From NCBI GenBank assembly GCA_910580185.1, contig CAJTWC010000003.1:103093-167092 (forward strand): a stretch of 64,000 nucleotides of DNA. Direction: 5' to 3'. The position numbers and the translations under genes were made by a program. Source of the DNA: an uncultured Bacilli bacterium. GTDB lineage: Bacteria; Bacillota_I; Bacilli_A; RF39; UBA660. The notes beneath the pieces were generated by a model. That model was given only the letters and a program-made list of their open reading frames with translations, searched no databases and was not told the origin of the DNA. Below, piece after piece: positions 9,799 through 20,640 of this stretch; position 1 is the stretch's first letter; the number at the start of each line of letters is the position of its first letter.

Positions 9799-10879
9799 TT
9801 AAATAATCCTTTAACTTTCTAGATCTAGATGGATGTCTTAATTTTCTAAGTGCTTTAGCTTCTATTTGTCTTATACGTTCACGTGTTACACCAAACATGT
9901 TACCAACTTCTTCTAATGTATGACAAGTACCACCATGAAGACCAAATCTTAATTTTAAAACTTCTTCTTCTCTTGGAGTTAAAGTACATAACACTTCTTC
10001 TATTTCATCTTTCAATACTTCGTTTATTGCATATTCTTCAGGTGACATTGAACTTTCATCTTTTAGAAAATCTCCTAAGTGAGAATCATCTTCTTCACCA
10101 ATTGGTGTTTCTAAAGATAGCGGATCTTGTGATATTTTAAATATTTCTCTTACCTTTTCCTCTGTTGTTCCCATCTTCTTAGCAAGTTCTGTTTCGGTTG
10201 GCTCTCTATTTAATTCTAGTGTCATTTGTCTTTGAATTCTCTTTAATTTATTAATTGTTTCAACCATGTGAACTGGAACACGAATTGTTTTAGCTTGGTC
10301 TGCAATAGCACGTGTTATAGCTTGTCTTATCCACCAAGTTGCATAAGTCGAAAATTTATAACCTTTAGATGCATCAAATTTATCTACTGCCTTCATTAAA
10401 CCAATGTTTCCTTCTTGAATTAAATCTAGGAAAGATAGATTCCTTCCAACGTATCTTTTAGCAATTGAAACAACAAGTCTTAAGTTAGATTCAGCAAGAA
10501 TTCTTTTAGCTTCCTCATCACCTTCTTCTACCCTTTTTGATAAAGCAAGTTCTTCTTCCAAGCTAAGTAAGCTTATCTTACCAATTTCCTTTAAATACAT
10601 CCTAACAGGATCATTTATACTTGCGTTTTTAGGTAGAGCAATATCCTCTATTGCAAGAGCATCTCCTTCATCAGATGAGTCATCTTCGTCTTCGAAATTT
10701 TCTGATATTATTTCAATGTTATTATCGTGAAATGCATTATATAATTCATCTAATGAATCAGCATCCATCTCTAATCCTTTTAAGCTTTCAGCTAGCTCTT
10801 CATAAGTTAAAGTCCCTTTTTCTTTACCTTTTTTTAATAATTCTTCTTTTCTTTGTTCAAATGTTTTTATTTCTTTCAT
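9791..10879 (-). CDS. sigA: RNA polymerase primary sigma factor (sigma-70 / SigA)
   Basis: Region 2 [18 protein letters not shown]...[15 protein letters not shown], region 3 [14 protein letters not shown], region 4 HTH; acidic N-terminus; adjacent to dnaG. Confidence 0.9.
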   Translation of the reverse strand: MKEIKTFEQRKEELLKKGKEKGTLTYEELAESLKGLEMDADSLDELYNAFHDNNIEIISENFEDEDDSSDEGDALAIEDIALPKNASINDPVRMYLKEIGKISLLSLEEELALSKRVEEGDEEAKRILAESNLRLVVSIAKRYVGRNLSFLDLIQEGNIGLMKAVDKFDASKGYKFSTYATWWIRQAITRAIADQAKTIRVPVHMVETINKLKRIQRQMTLELNREPTETELAKKMGTTEEKVREIFKISQDPLSLETPIGEEDDSHLGDFLKDESSMSPEEYAINEVLKDEIEEVLCTLTPREEEVLKLRFGLHGGTCHTLEEVGNMFGVTRERIRQIEAKALRKLRHPSRSRKLKDYLSD

Positions 10880-12618
10880 TACTTACACTCCCTTTTTTTT
10901 AAGTTACTTAATTTTTCTAATAAAACCACTTTTTTTGCAACGTTAGTTTCCGTTCTTATTTGTTCTTTTATTTTATTTATTTCATCTTTTATTATTCCAT
11001 CATCTATCGTTTTAATAAAATCCTCTATAACACCAGGTGAGACATCATCTGGTAATTTTAAATCATCTATTCTTAAAACTTCGTTAATTAACTCTTTTTT
11101 GTCCTCTAAATAAATAGTGAAATCCGTTAAATTAATATACCCATTTTTTTCATAAAATTCAAGTGTTTCCATAGCAATTCTCGACAATTTTTTATTTTTT
11201 AAATAAGAAACCTTATTTCTATATAATTCTATGGCAGTTTTATTTCTTAACATATAGTATATAAGATATTCTTCTGCTTTGTCATATTTATTTTTGCTAA
11301 TAGTTATTCTTTTATTTATTATTTTTTTCTCTTTTTTAGGTACTTTAGATACCATATCATTTATCGTATCAACATCAACACCTGTTTCTTTTGATATTTT
11401 CTTCAAGGTTAATTCATACACAACCTTATCATCAATCTTTTCTAGTTCCTTGGTGATACTTTTAATATAATTAGATACCTCGTTAAAATCATTAAAGTTT
11501 GTATTAGTTTTATTAACATCTAACCTAAATGATACAACGCTCATCAAATTATTTAAATGGTTGTTATATAAATCTATTCCTTTTTTTATTATGTAATCAT
11601 CAGGGTCTAGATTATCTTCAAGCCTTATTATTTTAGGTTCTATACCTATTTTTTCTAATGCCTCTATAGCACTTATGGTAGCTTTTTCACCTGCTTTATC
11701 CCCATCAAAACATAACACAACGTTTTTAGATAATTTTCTTATTAAATCTGCGTGCTCTTTTGTTATCGCAGTACCCATAGAAGCAACAACGTTTTTTATT
11801 CCAACGGTATATAATCTAATAACGTCCATAAATCCTTCAACGATTATTATCTGATGTTTTTCCCTTGCGTATTTCATCGCTTTATGATAATTATAAAGTA
11901 ACATTCCTTTTTTAAAGATTAAAGACTCTTTGGAGTTAACATACTTACTATCATCTTCCTCATTATATATTCTTCCAGAAAAACCAACTACTCTACCATC
12001 TAAATCATATAGTGGAAACATTATTCTGTTCCTAAAAATATCATAAGTAAAGTTTTTATTCTTGCCACATAAACCTATATCAACTAATTCATTTATATCA
12101 TAACCTTTATTAACAAGCAACTTACTTACGTTGTTATCGTTCATCGATAATCCAATTTCAAATTCTTTTATGGTTTCATCATCTAATTTTCTATCATTTA
12201 AATATTTTAACGCTTTCTTACCATATGAACTTCTAATGTTATTTTGATAATACTTATTAGTTATGTCAAACATTTTATAATATTTAATGTTTTTATCTTC
12301 TACTTTAGGTTTATCATCTACCTTTACATCAAGCATAACACCTGCTTTTTGTGCTACCTTGCTAACCGCCTCTTTAAAACTGATTTTTTCATAATTCATA
12401 ACAAAGTTAAATACGTTTCCAGATTCACCACAAACAAAGCAAGTATAGATTTGTTTTTCAGGAGAAATACTCATAGAAGGATTATGATCATCATGAAAAG
12501 GACATATAGCAAAATAATTCTTACCCTTTCTCTCAATAGGAAGGTATTCTGCAATAATATCTACAATATTTACTTTACGTTGTATATCTAAAATTATATC
12601 ATAAGGTATTTTCTCCAT
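10879..12618 (-). CDS. dnaG: DNA primase
   Basis: CHC2 zinc finger [13 protein letters not shown]...CFVCG; TOPRIM EGFMDVI...DGD; classic dnaG-sigA arrangement. Confidence 0.9.
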   Translation of the reverse strand: MEKIPYDIILDIQRKVNIVDIIAEYLPIERKGKNYFAICPFHDDHNPSMSISPEKQIYTCFVCGESGNVFNFVMNYEKISFKEAVSKVAQKAGVMLDVKVDDKPKVEDKNIKYYKMFDITNKYYQNNIRSSYGKKALKYLNDRKLDDETIKEFEIGLSMNDNNVSKLLVNKGYDINELVDIGLCGKNKNFTYDIFRNRIMFPLYDLDGRVVGFSGRIYNEEDDSKYVNSKESLIFKKGMLLYNYHKAMKYAREKHQIIIVEGFMDVIRLYTVGIKNVVASMGTAITKEHADLIRKLSKNVVLCFDGDKAGEKATISAIEALEKIGIEPKIIRLEDNLDPDDYIIKKGIDLYNNHLNNLMSVVSFRLDVNKTNTNFNDFNEVSNYIKSITKELEKIDDKVVYELTLKKISKETGVDVDTINDMVSKVPKKEKKIINKRITISKNKYDKAEEYLIYYMLRNKTAIELYRNKVSYLKNKKLSRIAMETLEFYEKNGYINLTDFTIYLEDKKELINEVLRIDDLKLPDDVSPGVIEDFIKTIDDGIIKDEINKIKEQIRTETNVAKKVVLLEKLSNLKKRECK

Positions 12619-12675
12619 AAAACTCCTCCTATATAATTATTCGCCATTTTTTTTAAAATTCCCCTAAATTTTTTA

Positions 12676-12708
12676 AAAAAAATAAAAAAATAGCTAAAAA
12701 AGCTATTT
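12676..12708 (-). terminator. intrinsic terminator after proS
   Basis: AAATAGCT-TTTT-TAGCTATTT hairpin followed by a long T run on the minus strand; overlaps the proS stop codon. Confidence 0.45.
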
Positions 12709-14413
12709 AAATATCCATAATATCCTCTATTTTTGATATTGTATCATATAAAGATGTCTCAATTATATCTTCTTTATCACGTAGTTTTATCTCAACCATT
12801 TGGTCTTTAATCTTGTTGCCAACCGTTATTCTTATTGGAATTCCTATTAAATCCATATCATTAAATTTAACTCCAACACGCTCTTGCCTGTCGTCTAATA
12901 TCGTTGATACTCCCTCTCTTCTTAAATTTTCATACAAATAATTGGCAGCATCCATTTGAGCATCATCTTCCGTATTTACAACTACTATCGTCACTTTAAA
13001 CGGCGCAACTTCTAAAGGCCAAATAATACCTTTTTCATCGCTATGTTGTTCTACGATAGCAGCCATACACCTACCAAGACCAATTCCATAACACCCCATC
13101 CATACATATTCACTTTCATTATCTTGATTTAAATATGTAAGATTTAAACTTTCAGAATATTTAGTTCCTAACTTAAATGTATTACCTACTTCTATACCGT
13201 TTTTGAACTCTAAATATTTACCACACTTAGGACACGAATCTTTATCAGTAATAACTCTTATATCATCCGCTAATACATAATTAAAATCTTCTAAGTTAAC
13301 GCTTTTATAATGATAATCAGTTTTGTTTGCACCAACTATAAAGTTTTTCATACACATTATTTCATTATCTAATATAACTGGAATTTCTAGTCCTACCGGA
13401 CCTGCGAAACCTATTTTAGCACCTGTTATTTCTTCTACTTTTTCTGGGCCTGCTAAATTAATTTCATTTGCTCTTAAAAGTTTTTTTACCTTAGCTTCAT
13501 TTACTTCATGATCACCGCGAACTAAAATAGCATAATATTTTTCATCGACATTATATATTAAAGTCTTAACAAATTTACTCTTATCCTCTTCTAAACACTT
13601 TGATACTTCCTCTATCGTACCTGCACTAGGCGTCTTAACAAGTTCTCTTAGCTTTATGTTTTCATCACTTTCTTTTGTAAGAAGCGTGCATTTTGCAACA
13701 TCTACGTTTGAAGCATAACCACAGTGATCACAAATAACTAATTTATCTTCACCAATACTTGTTATGGCTTGAAATTCTTCTGATAATAATCCTCCCATAG
13801 CACCTGTATCTGACTTAACAATTTTATAATCAATACCTAGTCTTGTAAATATCTTTTTATAAGCATTATACATATTTTTATAAGAATTATCTAATCCTAT
13901 TTCATCTTTATCAAAAGAGTAAGCATCCTTCATTAAAAACTCTCTTACACGAATAAGCCCGTATCTAGGCCTTGGCTCATCCCTGAATTTACCTTGAATT
14001 TGATAAATACTAAATGGCATATCTTTATATGATTTTATTTTTAATGATGCCGCAGTGGTAAATAACTCTTCATGGGTAGGCGCTAAACAGTAACTTTTAT
14101 CAAATCTATCTTTTAGTGAAAACATATCTTTTCCAAAGGCATCGCGTCTTTTAGATTCTACATATACTTCTTCTGGTATTAAAGCTGGCATTAATAACTC
14201 ACCAGCATTAATGTTTTCCATCTCTTCTCTAATTATTTTTTCTATGTTTTTCATTACTTTATAACCAAGTGGTAAAAACATATATATACCAGAAGATGAC
14301 TTTTTAATCATTCCAGACCTAACTAATAAATTACCAGATGTAGACTCCTCGTCTTTTACATCTTCTCTTAAAGTATAAAAATAACTACTCTTAAGTTTCA
14401 TAAAACTAATCAC
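12707..14413 (-). CDS. proS: prolyl-tRNA synthetase (bacterial type with editing domain); start probably at MKLKSS (14401)
   Basis: 568 aa; class II aaRS motifs and the ProRS-specific N-terminal YFYTLREDVKDEESTSGNLLVRSGMI. Confidence 0.9.
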   Translation of the reverse strand: MISFMKLKSSYFYTLREDVKDEESTSGNLLVRSGMIKKSSSGIYMFLPLGYKVMKNIEKIIREEMENINAGELLMPALIPEEVYVESKRRDAFGKDMFSLKDRFDKSYCLAPTHEELFTTAASLKIKSYKDMPFSIYQIQGKFRDEPRPRYGLIRVREFLMKDAYSFDKDEIGLDNSYKNMYNAYKKIFTRLGIDYKIVKSDTGAMGGLLSEEFQAITSIGEDKLVICDHCGYASNVDVAKCTLLTKESDENIKLRELVKTPSAGTIEEVSKCLEEDKSKFVKTLIYNVDEKYYAILVRGDHEVNEAKVKKLLRANEINLAGPEKVEEITGAKIGFAGPVGLEIPVILDNEIMCMKNFIVGANKTDYHYKSVNLEDFNYVLADDIRVITDKDSCPKCGKYLEFKNGIEVGNTFKLGTKYSESLNLTYLNQDNESEYVWMGCYGIGLGRCMAAIVEQHSDEKGIIWPLEVAPFKVTIVVVNTEDDAQMDAANYLYENLRREGVSTILDDRQERVGVKFNDMDLIGIPIRITVGNKIKDQMVEIKLRDKEDIIETSLYDTISKIEDIMDI

Positions 14414-14467
14414 CTCTAATTAATAAAAGTATATCTTAATTTTAAATTTATAGCAAGAAAAAAGAAG

Positions 14468-14824
14468 CTAAATTCTAGCTCCTCTAGATTTTACCGCTGA
14501 TTCCAATTCTAATTCATCTTCTGCTTTATACGCTTTTTTAGCACCAGCAATTGATACAAGTTGCATATATAAATTAGGGTCCATAACTATTATATTAGAA
14601 TCTGAAGTTGCAAGATACTCAAGATATTCATCAAAAGAAGCATCATAACCAGCTTTCTTTACTCCCAAAATTGGATCAGGATTATTTCCATCTAACTGCT
14701 TAATACTTGTTAAATCTTTTATCATCAAAACCACCATCTTTCTATTAGGTTTTTTAACTCTTTTTTCATCCCACTTTTTTTGGGTGGAAATTATAATATC
14801 ATATATAAAAATGCATGTCAACAC
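14468..14824 (-). CDS. small hypothetical protein downstream of valS (true start possibly MVVLMIKDL)
   Basis: Open frame only; weak terminator hairpin follows. Confidence 0.3.
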   Translation of the reverse strand: MLTCIFIYDIIISTQKKWDEKRVKKPNRKMVVLMIKDLTSIKQLDGNNPDPILGVKKAGYDASFDEYLEYLATSDSNIIVMDPNLYMQLVSIAGAKKAYKAEDELELESAVKSRGARI

Positions 14825-14862
14825 TATATTCGAAAAAAATTAAATTTTTTAGATTCAATTTT

Positions 14863-17391
14863 TTATTTCAATAATTCTTCTAACTTCTTCTTTTCCTCAG
14901 CTAACTTATTTCTATCCATTTCAACGATGTTAATAGGTGCTTTATTTACGTAATTTTCGTTAGCTAATAGTTTTTCTCTTCTTTCGATAGATGAAGTAAG
15001 AGTCTTTATTTGCTCTTCTTTTAATTTTTTTTCAGCTTCAGTTTCTATCTTTTCAAAGAAGATTGTAGCTTTTACTTTATTAGAAAATACTTTATAAGAC
15101 TTAATTTCAAGAGGTGTTTTTACAAGTGCTTTTTCTAACTTTAATAATTTAATAATTAAATCATTATCACCATCTGTTTCAAACATAACTTTTAAGTCTT
15201 TAGTCATGTTATTTTCCGCTTTTACATTTCTAAATTGTTTAATGAAGTTTATAAAGTCATCTATTTTTATTTCATCTTCATCAAAAATATATTTTTTTTC
15301 ATATTCTGGATACTTAGATACCATTATATCTTCACTATCTTTAACCGGCATAATATTATAAATTTCGTCAGTTACATATGGCATAAATGGTTGTAACATC
15401 TTTAAAATACCTGTTAATACATAACACAATGTTGATTTAGTAGAAATAGTTTTTATACTATGCTTAGCCATTTCTATATAATAATCGCAAAAATAATTCC
15501 AAGAAAAATCATAAATAGCTGCTCCTGCATTGTTAAATTCATATTTATCCATAAACTTCTTAACCGTATGAAGCGTTTTTTCAAACTTAGTTAAAATCCA
15601 CTTATCTTCTGATTTTAAGTTTTCTAATCTTATTTCTTTTAAATCTTCTATGTTTGATAATACGAATCTTGAGGCATTCCATATTTTATTTATATAATTC
15701 CACGTTGATTTAATTTTCTCTTCATCAAATCTCATGTCTGTTCCTGGTGCTACATCAGTTGCTAAATAATACCTAAGAGCATCTGCACCATACTTTTCTA
15801 CCATATCGAATGGATCAATACCGTTACCTAATGATTTACTAAATTTTCTTCCTTCCTTATCACGAATTAAACCATGAATCAAGCAGTCCTCAAATGGTCT
15901 TTTACCTAATAATTTTTCTCCCTGGAAAGTCATTCTATTAACCCAGAATGGAATTATATCATAGCCTGTTACCAAGCAACTATTTGGGTAATACTTATTA
16001 AGTAAATCGGTATTATCTGGCCAACCAAGCGTTGCAAATGGCCATAGTGCACTTGAAAACCATGTATCTAAAACATCTTCATCTTGCACCCAACCAGAGC
16101 CTTCTGGAGCTTTCATTCCAACGTATACTTCATCGCCTTTATACCATGCTGGAATTCTATGACCCCACCATAATTGCCTTGATATGCACCAGTCGTAAGT
16201 AATAGTCATCCAGTGATTCATTATCTTTTCATACCTAGATGGGAAAAAGTTAACTTTTTCATCTTTCTTCTTTTGAGTTTTAAGCACGGTATCAGCAAGT
16301 GGTCTCATCTTAACAAACCATTGTTTTTTTACCATCGGTTCAACCATAACACCAGTTCTTTCACTGTGTCCTACTTCGTGCACCATTGGTTCTATATTAA
16401 GAAGTAAGTCTTGCTCTTTTAAATCCTCAAGCACTTTTTTTCTACATTCCTCACGAGTCATACCACAGTATTTTAAAGCATTCTCATTCATGGTAGCATC
16501 ATCATTCATAATAACTATTCTCTCTAAATTATGACGATTGCCAACTTCAAAATCGTTAGGATCATGCGCTGGAGTTATTTTAACCGCGCCTGTTCCTTTT
16601 TCCATATCAGCATGTTCATCAGTTATAACTGGTATTTTTTTACCTACTAAAGGTAATATAACGTTCTTACCAACAAAGTTTTTATATCTTTCATCTTTTT
16701 CATTAACAGCAACCGCAGTATCTCCAAATAAAGTTTCTGGTCTTGTTGTTGCAACATCTATGTATTCTTCGCTATCCTCTAATTTGTATTTTAAATGATA
16801 AAAAGCACTTTTTTCTTCGCTATAAATAACTTCTTCATTAGATAAAGCCGTTTTAGCCGCAGGATCCCAGTTGATTATTTTTTCTCCTCTATAAATTAAT
16901 CCTTCGTTATAAAAATCAACGAATACTTTTTTTACTGCTTTTTGTAATCCTTCATCAAGAGTAAATCTTTCCTTTGTATAATCAAGTGCAATTCCCATTT
17001 TAGCCCACTGCTTACGAATTATATCGCCATGTTCATGTGTCCAATCCCAGCAAGCTTCTAAGAATCTTTCCCTTCCATATTCATACTTATTAATACCTTG
17101 GTCTTTTAATCTTTTAACAACCTTAGCTTCTGTTGCAATTGCAGCATGATCCATACCAGGAAGCCATAAGCAATCATAGCCTTCCATCTTCTTATAACGA
17201 ATTATAATATCTTGAAGTGTTACGTCCCAAGCATGACCTAAGTGTAGTACTCCTGTTACGTTTGGGGGCGGAAGTACTATTGCATAAGGTTTTTTCCCTC
17301 CTTTTTCATCACATTTAAAATAATCTTTATTAAGCCACTTTTCATATTTATTTTCTTCTACTTTCTCGTGGTCATATTTTTTTTCTAACAT
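14863..17391 (-). CDS. valS: valyl-tRNA synthetase
   Basis: HIGH motif PPPNVTGVLHLGHAW, KMSKS motif KFSKSLGN, C-terminal coiled-coil; 842 aa. Confidence 0.95.
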   Translation of the reverse strand: MLEKKYDHEKVEENKYEKWLNKDYFKCDEKGGKKPYAIVLPPPNVTGVLHLGHAWDVTLQDIIIRYKKMEGYDCLWLPGMDHAAIATEAKVVKRLKDQGINKYEYGRERFLEACWDWTHEHGDIIRKQWAKMGIALDYTKERFTLDEGLQKAVKKVFVDFYNEGLIYRGEKIINWDPAAKTALSNEEVIYSEEKSAFYHLKYKLEDSEEYIDVATTRPETLFGDTAVAVNEKDERYKNFVGKNVILPLVGKKIPVITDEHADMEKGTGAVKITPAHDPNDFEVGNRHNLERIVIMNDDATMNENALKYCGMTREECRKKVLEDLKEQDLLLNIEPMVHEVGHSERTGVMVEPMVKKQWFVKMRPLADTVLKTQKKKDEKVNFFPSRYEKIMNHWMTITYDWCISRQLWWGHRIPAWYKGDEVYVGMKAPEGSGWVQDEDVLDTWFSSALWPFATLGWPDNTDLLNKYYPNSCLVTGYDIIPFWVNRMTFQGEKLLGKRPFEDCLIHGLIRDKEGRKFSKSLGNGIDPFDMVEKYGADALRYYLATDVAPGTDMRFDEEKIKSTWNYINKIWNASRFVLSNIEDLKEIRLENLKSEDKWILTKFEKTLHTVKKFMDKYEFNNAGAAIYDFSWNYFCDYYIEMAKHSIKTISTKSTLCYVLTGILKMLQPFMPYVTDEIYNIMPVKDSEDIMVSKYPEYEKKYIFDEDEIKIDDFINFIKQFRNVKAENNMTKDLKVMFETDGDNDLIIKLLKLEKALVKTPLEIKSYKVFSNKVKATIFFEKIETEAEKKLKEEQIKTLTSSIERREKLLANENYVNKAPINIVEMDRNKLAEEKKKLEELLK

Positions 17392-17392
17392 A

Positions 17393-18145
17393 TTATCTAC
17401 CTAACCTTTCTTTTAATATATCACATATTTTTATTATTGTTTTTTCCTCTATAGGATTACTTTTTATATATGATTCCTTTATTTTATCTATTAATCTATC
17501 TTCTTTTATTTTATTTTTTGTATAATTAAAATTTATATCATTAAATAATCCTAATTTAACAAGTGATTTATCACATAAATCAGGATACTTACCAACATCC
17601 AAAACTTTACCCTCTATAATATCACTTACCGCTAATTTACTATATCTAGAATTAAAGTTCCCGAGTTTTATCTTCTCTTTAGCATCAGGATTAGTTCCTT
17701 TTATTACTAAATTTAGTATATCTAATTTGTCTGCATCTCTTATTATTTTACAAAATAATATTTCCTTATCAGTAAGATCGTCTTCTACCTTTAATTTATT
17801 ATGATTTTTTATTGCAACATAAACTATGTCTTTATATTCATATCCATCTAAAAAGCCAAACTCTTTTAGAATATCGACACTAAGATTCGCATGATCTATA
17901 GTTTCATAGTCTCTAAACTTACCATAAACTTCATATTGCTTAAATCTTCCTATATCATGAAATAAACCAATTAAGCACGCAAGCAAGACATTTTTATCAG
18001 ATAAATGTATGCTTTTAGCGATAAGTTTGCAATTATCCATTACCCTCATAGTATGATTTTTCTTTCTATCTAATGCTTCTATTTTCAAATCATATTTTGA
18101 GATATAATCATTAAAGAAATTAATATATTTATCCACTTTAATCAT
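17393..18145 (-). CDS. HD-domain phosphohydrolase, co-transcribed with valS
   Basis: H...HD motif (LIGLFHDIGRF); its stop abuts the valS start. Confidence 0.7.
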   Translation of the reverse strand: MIKVDKYINFFNDYISKYDLKIEALDRKKNHTMRVMDNCKLIAKSIHLSDKNVLLACLIGLFHDIGRFKQYEVYGKFRDYETIDHANLSVDILKEFGFLDGYEYKDIVYVAIKNHNKLKVEDDLTDKEILFCKIIRDADKLDILNLVIKGTNPDAKEKIKLGNFNSRYSKLAVSDIIEGKVLDVGKYPDLCDKSLVKLGLFNDINFNYTKNKIKEDRLIDKIKESYIKSNPIEEKTIIKICDILKERLGR

Positions 18146-18154
18146 CTCCCAAAA

Positions 18155-18390
18155 ATAAAAAGTTCATCCTAATAAAGGATGAACTTAATTAGTCCACGGT
18201 ACCACCTTAATTCATATCTTAATGATATGCATCTTAAAATCCCTAACGCGGACTAAACGTAATTATTTACTATCATTTCTATAATTAAGCTCCCAAGCTA
18301 CCTTCAGCTATTATTCATACAAGTTTACACCATACACTTGCTCTCTTTAATAAATAAATAACCTACTCCTCTTGTTCCTTGCTTTTTTTA
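18155..18390 (-). promoter_or_regulatory. T-box riboswitch leader of the HD-valS operon
   Basis: Minus strand reads AATTAAGGTGGTACCGTGGACT (T-box consensus AATTAGGGTGGTACCGCGG) overlapping the terminator hairpin GTTCATCC-N7-GGATGAAC plus U run (18156..18194); AGAGA element further 5'. A GUA-A triplet is a candidate Val specifier but is not verified. Confidence 0.75.
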
Positions 18391-18394
18391 TATG

Positions 18395-18425
18395 CTATTA
18401 GTATAACAACATTTAAAAATGTTTG
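18395..18425 (-). promoter_or_regulatory. sigma-A-type promoter for the valS T-box leader
   Basis: Minus strand TTGCAA-N17-TATACT. Confidence 0.4.
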
Positions 18426-18431
18426 CAAGTA

Positions 18432-19475
18432 TTATTCACAAATATCGTATAAACCAAAATCTTCTTTAGTACTTCCCGTTTTTACATCAGTTATTTTTAA
18501 TTTTTGATCAGTTGTAACAGTAGTTGTGGAATCTAAATTATTAATAGAGGAATTTAATCTTTCGCGTTGATATGTAAATAATTTATCATTATCAAAATAA
18601 AAATCTAAATTATTGGTTGAATTTCCAATAAGATTTTTTATTGATTCATTTTCTTCCATTAGAACAATATATGTATAAAAGATCTTATTTACTTTTCCAG
18701 TATTAAATTCATTAGTCTCTTCATTTTTATAAGTGAATGAAATTGAATCTTCCAAATCCCATTCATAAACTCTCCATTCTGAAGAAATTCCAAAAACACT
18801 TATTTTACCATTCTTAATTGTTTTAGTTAAACCACGGTCATCAAATAATTTTTTACAATAATCAAAATTGTTATAAGTCATTGTTGAACATGAAAGGTTA
18901 GGTGTCTCAATGTTTTTAATTTTATTAAAAATTTCTATTAATTTTTCAACATCATCGCCATTTATTGTAACAACACCACCATTATAATTATATGTTGATG
19001 AAGTTGATGATGTTAAGTTAAGGTCTAATTTTTTATCAACATATGTAACATTAAATATATTTTTTCCCACACAATTAGAACCATCTAAACAAGAAACATC
19101 AATATTTTTATATTGGTGATAACTACCAGATATATTGCCTGAAGAATCCACTTTAAGGCCAAAATCTTTTGGCCAATACATAGTACCATATCTACTTTTT
19201 ATTCTAACCAATAATTCCCCATTTCCAGACTCATACCAGTAAATATCATTAGGTTGTTTACTATCACCATATTTAATGCATCGCTTATTAGAATCCTTTA
19301 TCTGCATTACCTCAAACTTTGACCCATTAATTAAATCATCGTTTGCTTTACCAATTACCGATGTTGAACTTGTAAATTGCGCTAACATTAACATTAAAAA
19401 CATCAAAAACGCAACTAATAAAAGATATAAAACAGATGATATTGCAAAACCTTTATTATTAAGCACATCAACCAC
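18432..19475 (-). CDS. secreted/membrane-anchored hypothetical protein with a prepilin-like N-terminus lacking Glu+5 (ComGG-like?)
   Basis: N-terminus NNKG|FAISSVLYLLLVAFLMFL resembles class III signal peptides but without E5; Cys-containing extracellular domain. Confidence 0.4.
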   Translation of the reverse strand: MVDVLNNKGFAISSVLYLLLVAFLMFLMLMLAQFTSSTSVIGKANDDLINGSKFEVMQIKDSNKRCIKYGDSKQPNDIYWYESGNGELLVRIKSRYGTMYWPKDFGLKVDSSGNISGSYHQYKNIDVSCLDGSNCVGKNIFNVTYVDKKLDLNLTSSTSSTYNYNGGVVTINGDDVEKLIEIFNKIKNIETPNLSCSTMTYNNFDYCKKLFDDRGLTKTIKNGKISVFGISSEWRVYEWDLEDSISFTYKNEETNEFNTGKVNKIFYTYIVLMEENESIKNLIGNSTNNLDFYFDNDKLFTYQRERLNSSINNLDSTTTVTTDQKLKITDVKTGSTKEDFGLYDICE

Positions 19476-19584
19476 TCCTATTCTTTATATATAATAACAT
19501 CTTTTAATTAAAAAAACCATATTTTTTATTAATATGGTTAGCAATTATATGGATTTTACATACAATATAGTAAAGGTGATCATT

Positions 19585-19773
19585 ATGCGTCCAAACAACT
19601 TTTTTTCTGGGAAAATGACTATATATGTAATATTGGTATTTGCATTTTGCTTTATTACTTTTTACCAAGCTATACTAGCTTTAATATTATGCGCTAGATT
19701 TCATGTATTCTTGTTATTCATCGACCTCATGATTCTGTTTTTCGGTATTTTTTGCCTCATTTTCCATAAATAA
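19585..19773 (+). CDS. possible small membrane protein (62 aa)
   Basis: AAAGGTGA RBS 5 nt before the ATG at 19585; two hydrophobic helices; overlaps the 3' end of the convergent 19714..20640 gene, so uncertain. Confidence 0.3.
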   Translation: MRPNNFFSGKMTIYVILVFAFCFITFYQAILALILCARFHVFLLFIDLMILFFGIFCLIFHK

Positions 19774-20640
19774 CTTATCGGTTATTACCAAATAATTACA
19801 TAATCTTGATACTTCGTTAGTATTAAGTAGTTCATTTTCTTGATAATTTATTTTTTCTGGTAAAAAAAGCATTATAAACAAAAGTTTTCTTTCTTCATCA
19901 AGAAGAGGAAACTTTTTTAAATATTCCTTATATAATTCATTAAAATCATATTTATCATAGTTTCTTTTATAAAAACTTATAAAATCATATATAGGTAATC
20001 CCCTTTTCGATTTATTCCAACTAATTAATACATTACCATCATTTCGTATTATATGATTAGTATCTAAATTGTTATGAAGAAAAACAATTCTTTGTTTTGT
20101 TTTTTTCTTCATCATTTCATACCAATCATCTAAATTACTTTTACAAAAATTCAAGCAAGAAAATATGACAGAACAATTTCTAGCTAACATATACTCACTA
20201 GGTGACATATAAATCCTTGATTCAATAGATGTTAAAATATCATCATAATAGTTAAAGGTATTTGTTATTACATTATCTATGTTTTCGTAAAATTCTTTTA
20301 ATTCATCTAACGATATATCTTTATAATAAACCGTTTTATTGTGCAGTAGCGCATCTAATTTAATCAAATCAGATGCCCTCTGCTCCTTTGGGGTTGGAGT
20401 GTCATTTACATATTCATATACGTATACATTATTATCACAATATTCAAGTTTGGGAACATAATCAAATCCTCTTGAATTTAAGTAATTATATATTTCTATA
20501 ATGTTGTTTTCCTCTAAGTCTTTTAATACCCATTTTTTATCATTACCATCTTTATATATTACCGAGTTTTTATATAACTTTATTTTCTTTACACTTGGGC
20601 ATATTTTTTTTATTATTTCTTTATTATACGAATTATTCAT
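19714..20640 (-). CDS. CotS/YutH-like protein-kinase-fold phosphotransferase (spore-coat kinase family)
   Basis: APH/kinase-like catalytic segment HNNLDTNHIIRNDGNVLISWNKSKRGLPIYDF (HxDxxxxN...D). Confidence 0.55.
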   Translation of the reverse strand: MNNSYNKEIIKKICPSVKKIKLYKNSVIYKDGNDKKWVLKDLEENNIIEIYNYLNSRGFDYVPKLEYCDNNVYVYEYVNDTPTPKEQRASDLIKLDALLHNKTVYYKDISLDELKEFYENIDNVITNTFNYYDDILTSIESRIYMSPSEYMLARNCSVIFSCLNFCKSNLDDWYEMMKKKTKQRIVFLHNNLDTNHIIRNDGNVLISWNKSKRGLPIYDFISFYKRNYDKYDFNELYKEYLKKFPLLDEERKLLFIMLFLPEKINYQENELLNTNEVSRLCNYLVITDKLFMENEAKNTEKQNHEVDE

